Counted from the stretch's first letter, positions 19,046 to 29,297 are shown. The stretch: 64,000 bases of DNA from Lawsonibacter sp. (GCA_045534105.1 JAZSJB010000017.1:8591-72590), one strand, 5' to 3'. Notes: generated by a model from the sequence alone, not told the origin. Translations and numbers: made by a program.

Positions 19046-19769
19046 ATTGATCGTTGTGGGCATTGGCCCCGGCAATTATGAAAATATGACCATTAAAGCT
19101 GACCGAGCATTGCAGTCTTGCGATGTTATTATCGGTTATCATGTCTATGTTGATCTGGTCAAAGAACGTTATGCGGATAAAGAGTTTTTGACAACACCTA
19201 TGACACAGGAAACAAAGCGTTGTCAAATGGCAATTGACCTTGCGAAACAAGGTAAAACGGTGGCTATGGTCTGCTCCGGCGACAGCGGGATCTATGGTAT
19301 GGCGGCGCTGATTTACGAGCTTAGAGGAGACTGCTTCGATCCTGAAATTGAAGTCATTCCCGGCCTGACTGCCGCTTGCAGCGGAGCTGCGCTTCTTGGT
19401 GCGCCTCTCACACATGATTTTGCTGTTATTTCACTCAGTGATCGGCTTACCAGTTGGGAGAAGATCGAAAAGCGCTTGGAATCTGCCGCAGCCGCAGATT
19501 TGTCCATTGTGCTCTATAACCCTGCAAGTCGTGGCCGTCCCGACCATCTTCGCAGAGCTTGTGATATCCTGCTGCGCCATCTTCCGGAGGATCGTCTTTG
19601 CGGTGTAGCGCAACATATCGGCAGAGATGGTGAAAACAAGCGTTTAATGTCCCTTGGTGAACTCAGGACGGCATCGGTAGATATGTTCTGCACCGTCTTC
19701 ATAGGCAATGAAATGACAAGGGAAATTGTTCAAAATATGGTGACTCCGAGAGGGTATCGTGATGTATAA
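19038..19769 (+). CDS. cbiH: Cobalt-factor III / precorrin-3B C17-methyltransferase (TTG start)
   Basis: VVGIGPG, CSGDSGIYGMA, LGAPLTHDFAVISLSD, LYNP, MVTPRGY; GGAGG before TTG at 19038. Confidence 0.93.
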   Translation: MGRLIVVGIGPGNYENMTIKADRALQSCDVIIGYHVYVDLVKERYADKEFLTTPMTQETKRCQMAIDLAKQGKTVAMVCSGDSGIYGMAALIYELRGDCFDPEIEVIPGLTAACSGAALLGAPLTHDFAVISLSDRLTSWEKIEKRLESAAAADLSIVLYNPASRGRPDHLRRACDILLRHLPEDRLCGVAQHIGRDGENKRLMSLGELRTASVDMFCTVFIGNEMTREIVQNMVTPRGYRDV

Positions 19770-21747
19770 GATATGTGTTTTTGCCGGAACAACAGAAGGG
19801 CGTGAATTGGTTGAGTTCTTAAGCTCCCAACCTGTTGATGTTACCGCCTGTGTTGCAACTGAATATGGCGAAACACTGCTTCCTGCTGCGGATAATCTGA
19901 CAGTTTCAGCAAAGAGACTTCCGGTGGCTGAGATCACTCAACTGCTTTCAAAAACAGCCTTTGATTTGGTGATCGATGCTACGCACCCCTATGCGGCTTC
20001 TATTACAGAAAGCATTTCTGTCGCTTGCCACGCAACCGGAACAGAATACCTGCGCCTTCTGCGTGGTGCTTCTGAGCTGTCTGGTGATGTTGTATATGTT
20101 CCCGATACGGAAACGGCTGCCCAATTTTTGGATGGTACAGAGGGAAATATACTCCTGACGACTGGAAGCAAAGAACTTGCGAAATTCAGTAAGCTCACCG
20201 AATTTGAAGGCCGTGTGTATGCCCGTGTTTTACCTATGGATGCGTCCTTGGACGCTTGCCATTCTGTAGGTCTGAAAGCATCCCATATCATTGCAATGCA
20301 GGGACCATTTTCTGAAGAAATGAACCTTGCCATGCTTCATGCCGTTTCTGCTTCCTGGCTTGTTACAAAGGATGGGGGCGAACCGGGCGGATTTGATGCA
20401 AAAGTTTCTGCGGCTCGGAAAGCAAACGCACGCCTTGTGGTAATTGGTCGCCCTGCGCAGAAAGATGGTGTTTCTTTCCCGGAAGTCATAGAGCTTCTGT
20501 GTACACGGTTCGGCTGCGCCTGTAAACCTCAAGTGGATGTCCTTGGGATCGGTCCCGGAAACCGAGAGACAATGACAGAGGAAGTTCGTCAAGCGATCAA
20601 ACGAGCTGATTGTCTGATTGGTGCAAAGCGTATGCTGGAAGCAGTTGCTTTCTCTGGACAGCGTGTACACGATGCCATTGCGTCCAAGGATATCGCAGAC
20701 TTTATTCTGTCTCATCATGAATACCAACGGTTTGCCGTTGTCATGTCGGGTGATGTTGGCTTTTTCAGCGGCACTAAAAAGCTGCTTCCGCTGCTCGATT
20801 GCTGCGAAGTGAATGTCCTGCCCGGACTCAGCTCTTTGGTGTATCTTTGTGCCCGCTTGAAAACATCCTATGAAGATGTCTTTGTAACCAGCGTACATGG
20901 TCGTCAGCACAATATTGTGCCAGATGTTCGTTCCCATGATCGCGTATTCGTGTTGGTCGGCGGTGAGAATGGTATGCAGGAACTGTGCCGTTCTTTGGTG
21001 GATGCCGGTCTTGGCAATGTGCAGGTCAGTATCGGAGAACGGTTAAGTTATCCGGACGAGAAGATCACACGGAACACCGCAGAACATCTTGTAAATGGTA
21101 CTTACGATTCACTTAGTGTTGCTTTGATAGAGAATAATCATCCAGACGCCGTTGTGACCCATGGCCTGCCGGATCATAGGTTCCAGCGTGGCGCTGGGGC
21201 GGATGGTGTTGTGCCAATGACAAAGAGCGAAATTCGCGCGGTATGCCTGTCCAAACTTCAGTTGACCGAACGCGCTGTCTGTTGGGATGTAGGAGCCGGG
21301 ACCGGTTCCGTGGCGATTGAAATGGCACTGCAGGCAAAGAAGGGACAGGTTTATGCTATTGAGCGCAAAAGCGCAGCTGTGGATCTACTGAATCTGAACA
21401 GAGACAAGTTCTCGGTTGAAAACCTTTCTGTGATCAGTGGCTGTGCACCGGAAGCCTGTCTTGACCTGCCAGCTCCCACCCATGCGTTCATCGGCGGAAG
21501 TTCCGGCAATATAAGAGAAATCATAGCCCTCCTGTTGGAGAAGAATCCCACCGTTCGCATTGTTGCAACGGCGATCTCTTTGGAGTCCATTGCAGAATTG
21601 ACTGGCTGCATAAAAGAGTTCCCCTGGAGTGCGACCGAGGTTATATCCATGCAGGTTGCTCACGACAAAAAGGCGGGGCTATATCATCTTATGACCGGCC
21701 AGAATCCCATCTATATTTTCACCATGCAAGCCGGAGGAAACGAATGA
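19762..21747 (+). CDS. cbiJET: CbiJ-CbiE-CbiT triple fusion
   Basis: FAGTTEGR/IDATHPYA/AMQGPFS (CbiJ); GIGPG/MSGDVGFFSG (CbiE); PMTKSEIR/WDVGAGTGSVAIE (CbiT). Confidence 0.92.
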   Translation: MYKICVFAGTTEGRELVEFLSSQPVDVTACVATEYGETLLPAADNLTVSAKRLPVAEITQLLSKTAFDLVIDATHPYAASITESISVACHATGTEYLRLLRGASELSGDVVYVPDTETAAQFLDGTEGNILLTTGSKELAKFSKLTEFEGRVYARVLPMDASLDACHSVGLKASHIIAMQGPFSEEMNLAMLHAVSASWLVTKDGGEPGGFDAKVSAARKANARLVVIGRPAQKDGVSFPEVIELLCTRFGCACKPQVDVLGIGPGNRETMTEEVRQAIKRADCLIGAKRMLEAVAFSGQRVHDAIASKDIADFILSHHEYQRFAVVMSGDVGFFSGTKKLLPLLDCCEVNVLPGLSSLVYLCARLKTSYEDVFVTSVHGRQHNIVPDVRSHDRVFVLVGGENGMQELCRSLVDAGLGNVQVSIGERLSYPDEKITRNTAEHLVNGTYDSLSVALIENNHPDAVVTHGLPDHRFQRGAGADGVVPMTKSEIRAVCLSKLQLTERAVCWDVGAGTGSVAIEMALQAKKGQVYAIERKSAAVDLLNLNRDKFSVENLSVISGCAPEACLDLPAPTHAFIGGSSGNIREIIALLLEKNPTVRIVATAISLESIAELTGCIKEFPWSATEVISMQVAHDKKAGLYHLMTGQNPIYIFTMQAGGNE

Positions 21748-22709
21748 TGGAATGGTCTTTGGCTGCGTTGATCATAGGTTTTGGAATTGATTTAATTGTT
21801 GGAGATCCGCATGGTTTTCCCCATCCTGTGGTCTTGATCGGAAAACTGATCGATGTGCTGGAGCGTGGACTGCGAAAGGCGTTTCCCAAAACAGCTTTCG
21901 CAGAAAGAATCGCCGGAGCGCTGATATGGGTACTTGTTGTTCTGACTTCCTCGTTGGTTCCCGTTCTGATTCTTTGGCTTTGTCATGGCATCAGCCCCTG
22001 GCTGCGGTTGGGTGTTGAAAGCATCATGTGTTGGCAGATCCTTGCGACAAAATCACTCCGCGACGAAAGCATGAAAGTCTATCATGCGCTGGAAAGCGGC
22101 GATATTGATAAGTCCCGATACGCCGTGTCCATGATCGTCGGTCGGGATACAGCTGCACTGGATGACGCAGGAGTGACCCGGGCCGCCGTAGAGACCGTGG
22201 CGGAGAACACCTCTGACGGCGTTGTCGCACCGCTTATTTTTCTGGCAATCGGTGGTGCACCGCTTGGGTTCTTTTATAAAGCGGTCAATACTATGGATTC
22301 CATGCTTGGATATGTAGAACCCCCATATAAAAACATTGGATTAGTTCCGGCAAAGATGGATGATGCAGTGAATTTTATTCCTGCTCGTATTTCCGCACTT
22401 CTGATGCTTGTGGCGGGAGGTATCCTTCGTCTGGATGTTAAAAATGGATGGAAAATCTTTTGCAGGGACCGCTTCAATCACGCCAGCCCTAACTCGGCAC
22501 AAACAGAGTCCGTTTGCGCCGGACTTTTGGGACTTCGGCTGGCCGGGGACGCGTGGTATCACGGCGTGCTTCACAAGAAGAAATATATTGGTGATGCGCT
22601 GCGGGAAATCGAGCACGAAGATATCCCACGTGCGGGTCGCCTGCTGTATGTAACTGCAATGCTTGCGTTACTGCTCTGCAGCATGATGAAACTGCTTATC
22701 ATGCTCTAA
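21744..22709 (+). CDS. cbiB: Adenosylcobinamide-phosphate synthase
   Basis: GDP..HPV, IVGRDT, ETVAENTSDG, YKAVNTMDSMLGY, HASPNS. Confidence 0.95.
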   Translation: MMEWSLAALIIGFGIDLIVGDPHGFPHPVVLIGKLIDVLERGLRKAFPKTAFAERIAGALIWVLVVLTSSLVPVLILWLCHGISPWLRLGVESIMCWQILATKSLRDESMKVYHALESGDIDKSRYAVSMIVGRDTAALDDAGVTRAAVETVAENTSDGVVAPLIFLAIGGAPLGFFYKAVNTMDSMLGYVEPPYKNIGLVPAKMDDAVNFIPARISALLMLVAGGILRLDVKNGWKIFCRDRFNHASPNSAQTESVCAGLLGLRLAGDAWYHGVLHKKKYIGDALREIEHEDIPRAGRLLYVTAMLALLLCSMMKLLIML

Positions 22710-22720
22710 AGGAGAAACAA

Positions 22721-23773
22721 ATGCTTTATCGAACAAGTAACCCGCATGGCGGGGATATTTACGAAGAAAAAATAGTCCTGGACTATTCATCAAACACCAA
22801 TCCTTTTGGTACGCCCCAAGGAGTTTTGGAGGCGATGAACAAGGTATTGACTGAGGTTCATCACTATCCTGATCCTTATTGCAGAGGGCTGGTGCGTGCT
22901 ATTGCCGCTTTTGAGAATGTGCCGCAGGAGTATATCCTATGCGGAAACGGCGCTGCAGAACTCATCTATGCATACTGCGAAGCGATCCGCGCAAAACACG
23001 CCGTGGAGCTGGCACCGACTTTTTCAGAGTATGCCCTTGGTCTTGAGCGGGTCGGTTGTCAGATTGATCGGTACGTTCTACGGCAAGAGAATGATTTTGA
23101 TTTGGATGATGGGTTCCTGAAGTTTTTGATGGAGCGCAAGCCAGACACCGTGTTTCTTTGTAATCCGAATAATCCAACCGGAAGATTGATCCCCTCCTAT
23201 ATGCTTGAGCGGGTGTTGGATTTTTGTCATCAGAATCACGCCCGCCTGTTTTTGGATGAATGTTTTCTGGATCTATCCGATGATGGAATAAGCATGAAGG
23301 AATTTCTAAGAAATTACCCGGAGCTGTTCATCCTGAAAGCATTTACCAAGAGCTACGGTATGGCCGGTGTGCGATTAGGGTACTGTCTGTGTTCGGATGA
23401 GGCACTGCTTGAGAAAATGTCCAAGGCAGCACAGCCTTGGAATGTATCCACACTGGCGCAAGCCGCCGGTGTGGCAGCATTACAGGAAAAGCAATTCTTG
23501 GCGGAAACAAAAACATTGATTCCTGTGGAGCGCCACTGGCTGAAAGACGAACTGGAGGCTCTTGGCTTTTGGGTTTGCCCCTCTAAAGCAAATTACCTAC
23601 TATTCTATGGTAAGCCCGGATTACACACGGCATTGAAAGAGTACGGCATTGCGATTCGCAACTGTGACAATTATTACGGACTTGGCTCCGGTTGGTATCG
23701 AATCGCAGTACGGCTGCACGAGCAAAATGAACAACTGATCGCAGCAGTCAAGCAGATGTGCGGAAAGGAGTAG
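22721..23773 (+). CDS. cobD: L-threonine-O-3-phosphate decarboxylase
   Basis: [39 protein letters not shown]. Confidence 0.9.
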   Translation: MLYRTSNPHGGDIYEEKIVLDYSSNTNPFGTPQGVLEAMNKVLTEVHHYPDPYCRGLVRAIAAFENVPQEYILCGNGAAELIYAYCEAIRAKHAVELAPTFSEYALGLERVGCQIDRYVLRQENDFDLDDGFLKFLMERKPDTVFLCNPNNPTGRLIPSYMLERVLDFCHQNHARLFLDECFLDLSDDGISMKEFLRNYPELFILKAFTKSYGMAGVRLGYCLCSDEALLEKMSKAAQPWNVSTLAQAAGVAALQEKQFLAETKTLIPVERHWLKDELEALGFWVCPSKANYLLFYGKPGLHTALKEYGIAIRNCDNYYGLGSGWYRIAVRLHEQNEQLIAAVKQMCGKE

Positions 23774-23775
23774 TC

Positions 23776-25239
23776 ATGGCAAGAAATATTATGATTCAAG
23801 GCACGATGTCCAATGCAGGAAAAAGCCTGCTGTGTGCGGGACTGTGCCGTATCTTCAAACAGGATGGCTACCGTGTGGCTCCTTTCAAGAGCCAGAATAT
23901 GGCGCTGAACTCCTATATTACCAAAGCAGGCGGCGAGATGGGTCGTGCGCAGGTCGTACAGGCGGAAGCGGCGGGTATCGCACCGGATACACGCATGAAT
24001 CCCATTCTGCTGAAACCAACAACTGATGTGGGCAGTCAGGTCATCGTAAATGGGCAGGTCCAGGGCAACATGAAAGCCATGGAGTATTACCGCAGAAAGC
24101 GGGAGTTTATCCCCGCTGTATTGGAAGCCTACAACAGTCTTGCGTCCGAATACGACATTATTGTAATTGAAGGTGCGGGAAGTCCTGCGGAGATCAACTT
24201 AAAACAGGAAGATATCGTCAATATGGGACTTGCCAAGTTGGTCGATGCACCGGTGCTTTTGGTGGGTGATATTGACCGGGGCGGTGTATTTGCACAGCTT
24301 TACGGAACGGTTGCGTTGTTGGAACAGGATGAACGAGACCGCATCAAGGGAACGATTGTCAACAAGTTCCGTGGTGATCGGGCGATTCTGGAACCCGGCC
24401 TGAAAACGCTTGAGGAACTGTGTGGCGTTCCTGTTGCCGGCGTTGTTCCATATACCCATGTAGATATTGATGACGAGGACAGCCTAACGGAGCGTTTTGA
24501 AAAATCCACCGAGCGCAAGCTCATCGATATCGCAGTGATTCGCCTGCCTCGCATTTCTAACTTTACGGATTTCAGTCCCTTTGAACGATACGGCAATGTC
24601 TCCTTGCGCTATGTCGATAGTGTTGGAGACTTACATCAGCCAGACATGATCATTTTACCGGGCACGAAAAGCACAATAGCCGATTTGAAATGGTTGCGCC
24701 AATGCGGTCTGGAAGCCGCTATTCATAAAGCCGCAGATGCGGGCACTTTGGTATTTGGTGTGTGTGGCGGCTATCAGATGCTTGGCAGAACCGTATCTGA
24801 CCCCGAAGAGGTGGAGGCGGCAGGCACAACGGAAATTCTTGGCATGGGCCTTCTGGATATGGATACGGTTTTCCGGGGGGAAAAGGTGCAAACCCAGACG
24901 ACGGGCGTATTCGACGGCATCGCCGGTATGCTGTCCGGATTGAATGGGAAAGCCTACGAGGGCTATGAGATCCACATGGGCCGCAGCGAAGAAAAAACGC
25001 CCCCTCTTATGGGAGCGGCTAATGTGTATGGAAGCTATGTTCATGGTATCTTTGATGCTCCCGGCATCAGCGACACGATTTTGATGGCGATCTGTTCCGG
25101 AAAGGGCATTGACTTCCAAGCGCTGGAAACCTTTGATATCAGTGAATACAAAGAGCGTCAATACGACCTGTTGGCAGATGCGGTACGAAGCGGACTGGAC
25201 ATGGAGTTGATCTACCGTGTTTTGAATCGAGAGGTATAA
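23776..25239 (+). CDS. cbiP: Cobyric acid synthase
   Basis: [39 protein letters not shown]. Confidence 0.95.
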   Translation: MARNIMIQGTMSNAGKSLLCAGLCRIFKQDGYRVAPFKSQNMALNSYITKAGGEMGRAQVVQAEAAGIAPDTRMNPILLKPTTDVGSQVIVNGQVQGNMKAMEYYRRKREFIPAVLEAYNSLASEYDIIVIEGAGSPAEINLKQEDIVNMGLAKLVDAPVLLVGDIDRGGVFAQLYGTVALLEQDERDRIKGTIVNKFRGDRAILEPGLKTLEELCGVPVAGVVPYTHVDIDDEDSLTERFEKSTERKLIDIAVIRLPRISNFTDFSPFERYGNVSLRYVDSVGDLHQPDMIILPGTKSTIADLKWLRQCGLEAAIHKAADAGTLVFGVCGGYQMLGRTVSDPEEVEAAGTTEILGMGLLDMDTVFRGEKVQTQTTGVFDGIAGMLSGLNGKAYEGYEIHMGRSEEKTPPLMGAANVYGSYVHGIFDAPGISDTILMAICSGKGIDFQALETFDISEYKERQYDLLADAVRSGLDMELIYRVLNREV

Positions 25240-25240
25240 G

Positions 25241-25759
25241 ATGTCCGGACTAATTCACATTTATTGCGGTGACGGCAAAGGAAAGACTACCGCTGCTATT
25301 GGTTTGGCGATTCGTGCTGCAGGTTCAGGTAAAAGAGTTGTGTTCGCGCAGTTTTTCAAGGACGGAAGTTCTTCAGAAATCAATGTGCTTCATACAGTAA
25401 AAAATATCCAGACGGCACACTGTAATACTGTCCGGGGTTTCTGGAAGCGAATGGATGATACTCAAAAAGCACAAGCCAGCAAAGATTACACCCGCTTCCT
25501 TGCAGAGATCGTCACATTGGCAAAAGACGCTGATCTGTTGGTGCTGGATGAAATCGTTTCTGCCTGTAACCATGGCACGGTCGCAGAAACTGTAGTTTTA
25601 GACTTCTTACGGGATAAACCAAATGGTTTAGAAGTAGTTCTAACCGGAAGGAATCCATCGGGAGCATTGCTGGAGCTTGCCGACTATGTAAGCGAAATGC
25701 GAAAAGTTAAACACCCCTATGATTGTGGCATTGCTGCAAGAGAAGGAATCGAATTCTGA
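25241..25759 (+). CDS. btuR: Corrinoid adenosyltransferase (CobA/BtuR type)
   Basis: YCGDGKGKTTAAIG, LDE, VLTGR, KHPY, AREGIEF. Confidence 0.93.
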   Translation: MSGLIHIYCGDGKGKTTAAIGLAIRAAGSGKRVVFAQFFKDGSSSEINVLHTVKNIQTAHCNTVRGFWKRMDDTQKAQASKDYTRFLAEIVTLAKDADLLVLDEIVSACNHGTVAETVVLDFLRDKPNGLEVVLTGRNPSGALLELADYVSEMRKVKHPYDCGIAAREGIEF

Positions 25760-25760
25760 T

Positions 25761-26930
25761 ATGAGCAAGATTTTGTGCGTTATCGACGGTATGACGGACC
25801 CGTATTTCAGGGTCAACAATTACCCCAATCTTTCATCTATGCGTTTGCTCCGTCATGTTGATACGACGCAGGGGCAAACACCGGAGAGCCTTGGCTGCAT
25901 TTTGCGACTACTGGGCACAAAAAGAGTTCCTTCTCATTTGAGAGGATATGCAGAAGCATTAGGCTATGGTATACCAGTCAATAAAAACGATTTGATTCTT
26001 AGAGGAAGCTGGTTTTCTTTGGATGAACAGGAATGCTGCGATGTTCCCACATCTGCGCCCGAATCACTTCCTGAAAGTGAGGGGCAGTATTATCATTTGG
26101 AGCAATATAAAAGCCTTCTTATTTTTCCGGGCATGGCAGGCTGTATTGTTGATATGGTTACTTACCCTCCTTATGCGTGTAATGGTCAAACCGCTCGAAC
26201 CTTGTGTCCAAAGGGATGCGCCGTTGCAAGCCGTGTCTTTCATGCTCAACTTGCAAAGGAACGCTGCCTGATCCTTTGGGGACAATCTGCGCCAGCTAAA
26301 ATGGTGCCCTTTCCGCAAAAAGCAGCCGTAATATGTGGGACACCCATTGTGAAAGGCATTGCTAAACTTTTGGACATGACCTTAATTTCGGTGTCTGGAG
26401 CCACAGGCGATACTGACACTAATTTGCAAGAAAAAACAAAAGCCGCAATCAACGCCGCCAAAAACTATCCGTTTGTGCTTCTGCATATCAACGGAGCTGA
26501 CGAAGCTGCGCATCGCAAAAATCCAAATGAAAAGAATGACTTTTTACGCACGGTGGATACGGTTGTTGTAAACTCCTTGCTGCAGTCTGGTCACGACATC
26601 TATGTTGTTTCCGATCATGGAACCGATCCTGTTACTGGACAGCACATTGGGAACAGACAGCCCATGTTCACCAACTCCTCCGCGAAATTGATACAAAGAA
26701 GGTCTGACAAATCGCAAAAGTATTCGCATATGACAGAATCCGAACGTAAGGAATGGGCGATCCGTCAGCTTCAGAGTAAGGCCAAAGAGCTGGGTCACCT
26801 CCCTCGCAAGGGAGACTTCGATGAGATTACCATCATGCGAATTAAAGAAGTGCTCGGCCCGTGGCCTCGGGCGCAGGAAGCCGCAGGATTAAAAGAACGA
26901 AAACCCAAACGAGGGGGATCATCCAAATGA
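25761..26930 (+). CDS. ApgM-like alkaline-phosphatase-superfamily metalloenzyme fused to a C-terminal homing-endonuclease-associated-repeat-like domain
   Basis: IDGMTD, TPES, GATGDTDTN, HINGADEAAH, SDHGT; tail KAKELGHLPRKGDF...LGPWPRAQEAAGL. Confidence 0.8.
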   Translation: MSKILCVIDGMTDPYFRVNNYPNLSSMRLLRHVDTTQGQTPESLGCILRLLGTKRVPSHLRGYAEALGYGIPVNKNDLILRGSWFSLDEQECCDVPTSAPESLPESEGQYYHLEQYKSLLIFPGMAGCIVDMVTYPPYACNGQTARTLCPKGCAVASRVFHAQLAKERCLILWGQSAPAKMVPFPQKAAVICGTPIVKGIAKLLDMTLISVSGATGDTDTNLQEKTKAAINAAKNYPFVLLHINGADEAAHRKNPNEKNDFLRTVDTVVVNSLLQSGHDIYVVSDHGTDPVTGQHIGNRQPMFTNSSAKLIQRRSDKSQKYSHMTESERKEWAIRQLQSKAKELGHLPRKGDFDEITIMRIKEVLGPWPRAQEAAGLKERKPKRGGSSK

Positions 26931-28003
26931 GCATAACAAAAACTATATTATCTGTCACACCTCTTGATAAAGCCGCTATGGACGCTACCAGACTGAGACA
27001 GGCGCAACTTGCGAAACCGCCCGGTAGCCTTGGGCGTTTGGAAGAACTGTCCATCCAGTTGGCAGGTATTACGGGTAATGTTCATAACCAAATCAAGAAA
27101 AAACATCTGCTGGTATTTGCCGCAGATAATGGTGTTGTATCGGAAGGTGTTTCCAGTGCTCCACAATCCGTCACACTACAGCAAACAATAAATCTGACAC
27201 GCGCTAAGACCGGAGCCTCTACGCTATGTAAACACTTTGGGTGTGATATCACCGTATGCGATGTAGGTGTAAATGCTGATATAAAAGACACAAAGGTTTT
27301 GAACCGAAAGATCGCATATGGTACGCAGAACATTATCAAAGGCCCCGCTATGACGCGAGAGCAGGCTGTTCAAGCTATTATGATCGGCATGGAACTGGCA
27401 AAAGAGACAGAGGCAGATGTGCTTGGCGTCGGAGAAATGGGTATCGGCAACACAACAACTTCCTCTGCGGTTCTCTCCGTTTTACTGGATGCAGATGTGG
27501 ATGCTGTTACGGGTCGTGGTGGCGGCATCACCGATCAGAGTTTCCGGAAAAAGAAGCAAGTCATCCAGACTGCAATTGAAATCAATCAGCCAGATAAGCA
27601 GGATGTGGTCGATGTGCTTTCCAAGGTGGGCGGGTTTGATATTGCTGCTATGTGCGGTGCGTTCATTGGTTGCGCTGCTACTCACCGCCCGGTGGTGATC
27701 GATGGCTTCATTTCTGCTGTTGCAGCGCTGTGTGCATATAAACTCTGTCCCAACGTTGTTCACTACTTCATACCCAGCCACGCCTCCTATGAAATCGGTT
27801 ATCAACTGGCTATGGACGCAATGAATTTGACTCCAATCTTCTTGTTGGGAATGCGATTGGGAGAAGGCAGCGGCTGTCCTTTAGCCTTTGAGATTCTGAG
27901 TGCTGCTTGCGCCGTCATCAATGACATGGCGACATTCGATGAGGCTGGCATCAATGATGATTATCTGGAAGAAATCCGCCAAGGAGATAAGTTTACACCT
28001 TAA
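26927..28003 (+). CDS. cobT: Nicotinate-nucleotide:dimethylbenzimidazole phosphoribosyltransferase
   Basis: KPPGSLGRLE, GEMGIGNTT, IDGFIS, MRLGEGSG, MATF. Confidence 0.95.
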   Translation: MSITKTILSVTPLDKAAMDATRLRQAQLAKPPGSLGRLEELSIQLAGITGNVHNQIKKKHLLVFAADNGVVSEGVSSAPQSVTLQQTINLTRAKTGASTLCKHFGCDITVCDVGVNADIKDTKVLNRKIAYGTQNIIKGPAMTREQAVQAIMIGMELAKETEADVLGVGEMGIGNTTTSSAVLSVLLDADVDAVTGRGGGITDQSFRKKKQVIQTAIEINQPDKQDVVDVLSKVGGFDIAAMCGAFIGCAATHRPVVIDGFISAVAALCAYKLCPNVVHYFIPSHASYEIGYQLAMDAMNLTPIFLLGMRLGEGSGCPLAFEILSAACAVINDMATFDEAGINDDYLEEIRQGDKFTP

Positions 28004-28024
28004 CCTGATTCGGAGGTATATGCC

Positions 28025-28546
28025 GTGGCAATCTTAGTCTTGATATCCGGTTCAAACAACAGCGGTAAGAGTATTTATGCTGAACAATTGATCGCCAAGA
28101 CAACAGGCGACCGTTATTATATTGCCACGATGCTCCCCTGTACTGAGGACAATCATCGTCGAATCGAAAAGCATCGGGCGCAGCGACAAGGGCTTGGTTT
28201 TGATACTCTTGAGTGTCCATATCAAATAGGCAATGTGTCGGTTTCATCGGATGGAGTTGTTCTGTTAGAGGATGTTTCAAATTTGCTGGCTAATGCCATG
28301 TTTGAAAAGGGCGGCAGCTCTGACAGTGTATTTCGTGACATTTGCGCGTTAGCTGACCGCTGCCGGATTTTTGTTGCCGTTACAATCACGGGTTTGAAAG
28401 ATGATGGTTACGACGAAGAAACTGTGTCCTACATCAACGGTCTAAATGAAATCAATCAGAAACTGTTTGATAAAGCATCGGTTGCTATATCAATGCAGGA
28501 AGGAACTCCTGTATACCAAAAAGGTGATGCCTATGTTCTTATTTGA
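28025..28546 (+). CDS. cobU: Adenosylcobinamide kinase/guanylyltransferase (divergent)
   Basis: GSNNSGKS, YIATM, RIEKHRAQR, SNLLAN. Confidence 0.85.
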   Translation: MAILVLISGSNNSGKSIYAEQLIAKTTGDRYYIATMLPCTEDNHRRIEKHRAQRQGLGFDTLECPYQIGNVSVSSDGVVLLEDVSNLLANAMFEKGGSSDSVFRDICALADRCRIFVAVTITGLKDDGYDEETVSYINGLNEINQKLFDKASVAISMQEGTPVYQKGDAYVLI

Positions 28547-29297
28547 ATCGCTCTTAGTAGCTATGTCTACATACAGTGCTATTCCGGTTCCTCAGTTTGA
28601 ATGGAGCGACAGGAATATGAAATACGCAATATGCTTTTTTCCTGCAGTCGGCATCTTTTGTGGTGCTGCACTGTGGGGGTGGTTTGCGTTAGCAGAGTTA
28701 TTAGAGATCGGTAGTTTCTTCTTTGCCATGATAGCAACCTGCTTGCCATTGCTTATTACAGGCGGCATCCACATGGATGGATATATGGATACGGTAGATG
28801 CTTTGGCTTCACATCAATCACGCGAACGCAAACTTGAGATTCTGAAAGATCCCAACTGCGGAGCTTTCGCGGTCATCTACTGTGGTGTATATCTTTTAAC
28901 TTACGCAGGTTTGATCCATGAATTATTTGCGGCAAACTGCATCCTTGTCATTTGCCCGACCTTTGTTTTATCAAGAACGCTTTCTGCTTTGTGTGCTGTG
29001 AATATGCCAAATGCGAGAAAGGCAGGAATGCTGTGTGCCTATACGAAAAACACTGAAAAGCACACTGCCACAACAGCTTTGGTCACAGTTTTGATCATTG
29101 GCGGAACGGCATCTGTCCTGCTATCCCCGGTCATTGGAGGAATTACTGTCCTCTTTGCAATCGCATCGGTCTTGCTTTATCATCGCATGGCCATGAAACA
29201 ATTCGGAGGTGTTACCGGAGATACTTCTGGCTTCTTCCTGCAAATCTGTGAGCTGGCCTGCCTGATCGGTGCCTGGATAGGGGTGCAGCTCGTATGA
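28533..29297 (+). CDS. cobS: Cobalamin synthase
   Basis: TGGIHMDGYMDTVDA, ILKDPNCGAF, FGGVTGD. Confidence 0.93.
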   Translation: MFLFESLLVAMSTYSAIPVPQFEWSDRNMKYAICFFPAVGIFCGAALWGWFALAELLEIGSFFFAMIATCLPLLITGGIHMDGYMDTVDALASHQSRERKLEILKDPNCGAFAVIYCGVYLLTYAGLIHELFAANCILVICPTFVLSRTLSALCAVNMPNARKAGMLCAYTKNTEKHTATTALVTVLIIGGTASVLLSPVIGGITVLFAIASVLLYHRMAMKQFGGVTGDTSGFFLQICELACLIGAWIGVQLV

